Assembly (NCBI GenBank): GCA_046497275.1
Contig: JAWOFX010000090.1
Coordinates: 1-21,711 of the forward strand
Direction: 5' to 3'
From: Promethearchaeia archaeon
GTDB lineage: Archaea; Asgardarchaeota; Lokiarchaeia; Sigyniarchaeales; SOKP01
Length of the DNA stretch: 21,711 bases
The position numbers and the translations under genes were made by a program. This document shows positions 17,190-21,711 of the stretch, piece by piece. Numbering within the stretch: the first letter of the stretch is position 1; every line of letters begins with the position of its first letter. A model generated the notes under the pieces. That model was not told the DNA's origin. It saw only the letters and a list, made by a program, of their open reading frames with translations, and made no database searches.

Positions 17190-18671
17190 TTACTCACCTG
17201 AATATTTATCAACTAATTCAGCACAAATTTTACCTGATAATAACACAAGAGGCATTCCGCCACCTGGATGAGCGCTCCCTCCACAAAAATATAATCCTTT
17301 TATATCTTTACTCCTATTTCTATGACGCAGAAATGCAGCTTTCGTTGTATTGGAACTTATTCCATATAAACTTCCATGCGTTGAACTTGTTCGTTTTTGT
17401 ATATCAGGCGGGGTAAGAATTCCCTCGGTCACGATATGAGATTTTATGTCTACCCCTAAACGATTGGATAAAAGATTTATAGCTGCTTGTCTTGCTTTGG
17501 AAACTAGTAACTCCCAATCTTGATTATCATCTGCGGGGGCATTCAAAAGTACAAACCAATTTTCGCAATCTTTCGGTGCATCAGAAGGTGTTAATTTTGA
17601 AGTTATATTCACATAGACCGTTGGTTCTTTCGGCATAGTTTTATCTTCAAACATAGCTCGAAATTCAGCGGGGTAATCTGATGAAAAGAAGATATTATTC
17701 ACAGATAACTCTTCAAAAATTCGGTTAATGCCCCAATAAAATACAATACCGCTTGAACTAGGTTCAAGTTTTCTGTATCTTCTTGCTTTTTTTGCATCTG
17801 GTAATTTGAGTAGGTTCTCATAGGTATAGAGAACATCAGCATCAGATATTACTACATCATAATCTTTAAACCCCGATTCTAGCGTAATTCCACTTATTTT
17901 CTTTTTTTTCATGTTAATCTTTTTGACTTTCTCTCCAAAATAGAATTGAACACCTAAATCTTCTGCCGCTTTATGTAGTTTTTTGGGAATTTCATATATC
18001 CCCTCTTTTATTCCATAACCACCACCATTGTATTCAACAAATGGTATAATTAACATTGTTGCTGGAGTTTGATATGGATCTGATCCATTATAAGTTGCAT
18101 ATCTGTTAAAAAGCTGAATTAAACGAGGGTCTTCAAAAAATTTTGAGTTAATTTTATTTAATGTGCTAAATGGATGGATTCCCGCGAAACGTATCAATTT
18201 AGAAAGCGTAGATAACTTCAATAACGTGCGAACTTCATGAATAGGTTTTGTGAGAAATAACTCTCCTCCCAGTTTGTATGCTTTTTCTGCTTCTTTCAAG
18301 TATTTTTTCAAAGATTTTTGACTACCTTCATATATCTTTTTTAGTTCAGTCCCGAATTTTTCCAAGTCGGACCAAGCTTTAAGATAACTGCCATCTGAGA
18401 GATAATATGTACAGATTTCTTTCAATTTGATTATTGTAAGTTCCTGATCAATTTCTTTTCCCGCAGTTTGAAAGACATCCTCAAAAACCCACGGCATAGT
18501 TACTAATGAGGGTCCGATGTCAAACCGATATCCATCCAGATATTCTTCAGCTGCTTTACCGCCGGGAAAGGATTGAGCTTCATATACATATACATCCCAA
18601 CCTATTGATTTTAAATATATCGATGCTGATAATCCTCCCAGTCCAGCTCCAACGATTGCAGCTTTATTCAT
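17190..18671 (-). CDS. crtD: Phytoene-desaturase-family flavoprotein, most like 1-hydroxycarotenoid 3,4-desaturase CrtD
   Basis: FAD motif IVGAGLGG, YRFDIGPSLVTMP, QLFNRYATYNGSDPY, GSLYGISSN..AAFLRH and LYFCGGSAHPGGGMPL. These motifs recall bacterial CrtD more than CrtI (judged from memory). Confidence 0.8.
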   Translation of the reverse strand: MNKAAIVGAGLGGLSASIYLKSIGWDVYVYEAQSFPGGKAAEEYLDGYRFDIGPSLVTMPWVFEDVFQTAGKEIDQELTIIKLKEICTYYLSDGSYLKAWSDLEKFGTELKKIYEGSQKSLKKYLKEAEKAYKLGGELFLTKPIHEVRTLLKLSTLSKLIRFAGIHPFSTLNKINSKFFEDPRLIQLFNRYATYNGSDPYQTPATMLIIPFVEYNGGGYGIKEGIYEIPKKLHKAAEDLGVQFYFGEKVKKINMKKKKISGITLESGFKDYDVVISDADVLYTYENLLKLPDAKKARRYRKLEPSSSGIVFYWGINRIFEELSVNNIFFSSDYPAEFRAMFEDKTMPKEPTVYVNITSKLTPSDAPKDCENWFVLLNAPADDNQDWELLVSKARQAAINLLSNRLGVDIKSHIVTEGILTPPDIQKRTSSTHGSLYGISSNTTKAAFLRHRNRSKDIKGLYFCGGSAHPGGGMPLVLLSGKICAELVDKYSGE

Positions 18672-18672
18672 A

Positions 18673-19359
18673 TTATTTAGCCCCTTTTATGCTAAATCTT
18701 TCTCTAAAGAGAAAATAAAACAACATAGAAAGACTGATAAGAGAAAAGCTATAAAAGAAATCTTCAATTGGAATAGAGATCACTCTGAATCCAATGATCG
18801 CATCCGGATTATATAAAACAATTGGTAAATAAGTAAATATACCATTAAAGATTAAAAAAGGAATATAAGTCAGGATTAATGCGACTAAAGTCCATTTTGA
18901 AGTGAATTTTTCATATCCAAATAAACTAATTAAAAGCATTGTTATTAAAAATACTATTCCCATTAATACTGTATATCCTTTTTTAAAAAAGAATATTAAA
19001 GGTAAAATCCCTATTAATCCGATAGTAAAGAAAATATATTTGGAAAACCTTAGTTTTTTATCTTTTGTATATGCTCTAACACATTCATAGATGAAAATTG
19101 TAGCGTATGGAACAGCAATGAAAAAAACCCACTCACCGATAGGTAACCCCAATATCTTTAAAGTCCCTGCATAAATTTCCGAAAAAGACCAATGACCTAG
19201 TTCTGTTACTATCACATCCCAAATTATAAATGTTGTGCTAACAACAAGCATGCTCAATAACAATGGAGGCCATCTACGCCAAAAAGCCACCTTTTTATCA
19301 AAGGATAATAGCAAAGGACCTATTATCACCGCGAAATTTAACCAAAAATATAGGTTCAT
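18673..19359 (-). CDS. crtY: Membrane-type lycopene cyclase (two fused CrtYc/Yd-like domains)
   Basis: Two repeats of the cyclase domain: WDVIVTELGHWSF...LGLPIGEWVFF and FNGIFTYLPIVLYN...SIPIEDFFYSF. Stop is 1 nt from the desaturase ATG. Confidence 0.85.
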   Translation of the reverse strand: MNLYFWLNFAVIIGPLLLSFDKKVAFWRRWPPLLLSMLVVSTTFIIWDVIVTELGHWSFSEIYAGTLKILGLPIGEWVFFIAVPYATIFIYECVRAYTKDKKLRFSKYIFFTIGLIGILPLIFFFKKGYTVLMGIVFLITMLLISLFGYEKFTSKWTLVALILTYIPFLIFNGIFTYLPIVLYNPDAIIGFRVISIPIEDFFYSFSLISLSMLFYFLFRERFSIKGAK

Positions 19360-19829
19360 TTTACATCAACATTGAAAAGTTAGAATTTTATGAAAAATAA
19401 TACAAAGGAAATATAAAAAGTATTCGTTAATGATTAATAATTGTAAAAGAAAATAAAAATCAACAATTCTCTATTGGTCAATTTGATTATTTAAAATTTT
19501 TAGATAAAAATGGAGATATAAAATCAATTTCCATAAGAAATCTTCAATCTATAAAAGTTTAATTCTTAATAATTTTATAGAGAACAACTTAAGAATTTTA
19601 AAGCTATTATTTTTTAAGTTAATTTCTATATAAATTAAAACCAAAACTCTTCCAAATAATTCTATTTTATTACACTTAATTAATGTGCGAATTTACACAT
19701 ACACTTAAATATGAATAGAAATAAGATAATGATAACTTTAGCAATATTTAATGGTTTGTAAAAATAATCTACTGGAAGAAGCATCCCAAATAAATACTTC
19801 TGAATTAATAATAAAAAAAGAGTGGAAAA

Positions 19830-20330
19830 ATGGATCCTCTCCTAACTCATGATAAAAATTCAAAAAAATCAAATCCGTCTAATAATGATAGTATAGACAA
19901 AAGAGCCAAAGAATTATTAAAAGAAACCAAAGTTCTAAATCTCGCAAAATTAGCAAATATGTTAGTCAGTTTATTTGGATTAGAAGATGGATTTAAGAAA
20001 ATCACAAAGAGAGAAGGTCAAGAAGTTGAACTATATATCCCCGCTTTTGAGGGGTATTTAAATTTTCCACTTGTAAAAAAAAAAGATAATTTCGAATGTA
20101 GAGCAGAACGTGCTAATGATCCAGTAGCAACTGTGATAATAAATGTAGAGGAAGATAAAGTTTTAAAGGTTTTTAGTGAAATTATAAGAAGTAAAGCAAA
20201 TTTATCTGGACTTATCAAACTAGTTCCAAAAATTCTCTTAAGAAAAATAAAAATAAAAGGCTCATTAATGGCTGCATTAAGCCTTGTGAAATGCCTCATG
20301 ATTGGGAAAAATAAAATATACAAAAAATAA
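19830..20330 (+). CDS. Hypothetical protein, possible SCP2-like lipid-binding fold
   Basis: Beta-rich core then ...RKIKIKGSLMAALSL, resembling the kikikG...al.l end of SCP2 domains. Weak recognition only. Confidence 0.5.
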   Translation: MDPLLTHDKNSKKSNPSNNDSIDKRAKELLKETKVLNLAKLANMLVSLFGLEDGFKKITKREGQEVELYIPAFEGYLNFPLVKKKDNFECRAERANDPVATVIINVEEDKVLKVFSEIIRSKANLSGLIKLVPKILLRKIKIKGSLMAALSLVKCLMIGKNKIYKK

Positions 20331-20343
20331 ATTTAGAGTAGAG

Positions 20344-21486
20344 ATGACTCAATTAAACAATGATTCTTTTTTAGAAATCGCGGAAAAGATACCAAATCAA
20401 TATATTGAAAATAGCGATAAAAAAATCGCAGGATATTATTGTACTTATATTCCAGAGGAATTATTAGATGCTGCAGGTTTATTTCCCTATCGGATAAGAG
20501 CGACTGGTAATGCTGATACTGATAAAGCAGATACCTATATGGTTCGATTCACTTGCTCTTTTGTTAGAAGCACCCTAAATCTTGCGTTAGAAGGGGTTTA
20601 TGATTTCTTGGATGGATTATTCATATGCAATAGCTGTGATCATAGTAGAAGGATGTATGAAATTTATGATATGGTTGTATTTAAGCGTAAAGGCTTCAAC
20701 AAAAAAGTACCTAGATTTTATATTTCAATACCTCATATTCTTTCTGAAGAAGGCTTAGAGTGGTTTTTAGGTGAAATTTATGAACTTAAAGATAATATAG
20801 AAAAAGCTTATGAAATAAAAATAACTGATGATGCTTTGGTTAAATCTATAGAATTGTATAATAGAAATCGAGAACTAATGAGAAAGATTAATGAATTAAG
20901 ATTATTAGATTCACCAAAATTGACGGGAAGCGAAGCCTTAAAGATATCTATGGCAAATACATCTGTACCAAAAGAAGTTGCTAATCAAGAATTAGAGAGA
21001 TTATTGGAAATATATAATTATAAAGATGGAATAGAAACACAAGGTAAGAAGAGAATTTTATTATTGGGAAGCGTTGTGGATAATACTCAATTCACACAAT
21101 TAATTGAAAGTGCAAATGCAATTATTATATCAGACAACCTTTGTTTCGGAAATAAGGTAATTATTGATGATGTAGAGAGAAATGAATCAGAATCCCCATT
21201 GGAGAGTATTACTAGACGACTATATTATCGCTTATCTTGCCCCAGAATGATGCAAGATCATCAAAGAAGGCTTGATTTCGTTAAAAATGAAATTAAGAAG
21301 GGAAAAATTGATGGCGTTCTTTTACAACGTATCAATAATTGTGATTTGCATGGATGTGACAATATGTTGTTTGAACATGAATTAAAAAAATTAGAAATCC
21401 CTGTTTTCAATTTAGATAGAGAGAATTTCCAGTCAGATACAAACAGATTACAGACTCGTATTGAAGCTTTTTTAGAAATGATTTAA
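20344..21486 (+). CDS. 2-hydroxyacyl-CoA dehydratase subunit (HgdB/FldC/BcrB-BadD family)
   Basis: GYYCTYIPEELLDAAG, FTCSFVRS, CNSCDHSRR, DNLCFG, SCPRM, CDLHGCD and RLQTRIEAFLEMI. ATG 20344 is preferred because it avoids the overlap of the track start at 20302. Confidence 0.9.
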   Translation: MTQLNNDSFLEIAEKIPNQYIENSDKKIAGYYCTYIPEELLDAAGLFPYRIRATGNADTDKADTYMVRFTCSFVRSTLNLALEGVYDFLDGLFICNSCDHSRRMYEIYDMVVFKRKGFNKKVPRFYISIPHILSEEGLEWFLGEIYELKDNIEKAYEIKITDDALVKSIELYNRNRELMRKINELRLLDSPKLTGSEALKISMANTSVPKEVANQELERLLEIYNYKDGIETQGKKRILLLGSVVDNTQFTQLIESANAIIISDNLCFGNKVIIDDVERNESESPLESITRRLYYRLSCPRMMQDHQRRLDFVKNEIKKGKIDGVLLQRINNCDLHGCDNMLFEHELKKLEIPVFNLDRENFQSDTNRLQTRIEAFLEMI

Positions 21487-21527
21487 TAAAAAATATATAA
21501 TAATCAATTAAAAATAGGTAATTTAAA

Positions 21528-21711
21528 GTGGCCATAGGAAAAGCAGAAATTAATAATAAGGAAAATAAAGTAATTCCATATGAAATGGTTTTGAAAAGTA
21601 TAGCCTCTACTAGAGAACTAGTTGAGAGAATCCTTCCTGAAGGAGAGATTGAATCACTTAAAATTGGAGCAAAAGCAATTGAAGAAGTAGTTAAAGAATC
21701 AATTGAAAAAG
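21528..21711 (+). CDS. 5' part of an ORF truncated by the window edge, possibly the partner dehydratase subunit
   Basis: Open frame from GTG 21528 (alternative ATG 21585) to the end: MAIGKAEINNKENKVIPYEMVLKSIASTRELVERILPEGEIESLKIGAKAIEEVVKESIEK. Function guessed from context only. Confidence 0.55.
   Translation, partial: MAIGKAEINNKENKVIPYEMVLKSIASTRELVERILPEGEIESLKIGAKAIEEVVKESIEK

Noticed and set aside
13002-20323. Remaining short overlapping ORFs (13002-13259, 13193-13402, 15077-15268, 15650-15847, 18506-18718, 18902-19090, 20018-20323)
   Set aside because: All lie within well-supported genes on the opposite strand or in another frame, with no motifs.
1-21711. CRISPR arrays, tRNA/rRNA genes (including tRNA-Sec), transposases, integrases or terminal inverted repeats
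   Set aside because: No regularly spaced repeats, no GC-rich cloverleaf-like segment and no mobile-element protein motifs were seen by eye. Intergenic regions are uniformly AT-rich.

Overview
AT-rich archaeal chromosomal window, most consistent with an Asgard archaeon (Lokiarchaeia-like). The assignment rests on archaeal-type S13/S4/S11, HdrA/MvhD/FrhB genes, GGTGA ribosome-binding motifs and a eukaryote-like SECIS, and is an inference. The main result is a selenoprotein operon that the ORF track breaks up or misses. hdrA (1961-3964, TTG start, 667 aa) reads through two in-frame TGA codons (2018, 2573). mvhD/vhuD (3983-4402, 139 aa, absent from the track) reads through two more (4034, 4187). 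All four TGAs sit at positions that are conserved Cys in these families. A single AUGA...GA kink-turn-type SECIS-like hairpin lies right after the mvhD stop (core 4404-4440), followed by an FrhB-family F420/FAD oxidoreductase gene. serS lies divergently upstream. The rest of the window holds an interrupted rps13-rps4-//-rps11 cluster without rpoD, a 592-aa acidic Pro-rich protein of unknown function, nadE, an apparently orphan N6-adenine/N4-cytosine-type DNA methyltransferase with a Cys4 insertion, a double hot-dog enoyl-CoA hydratase, VanZ, a three-gene carotenoid-tailoring operon (lycopene cyclase, CrtD-like desaturase, CruF-like hydratase), an SCP2-like protein and 2-hydroxyacyl-CoA dehydratase-family gene(s) running off the right edge.
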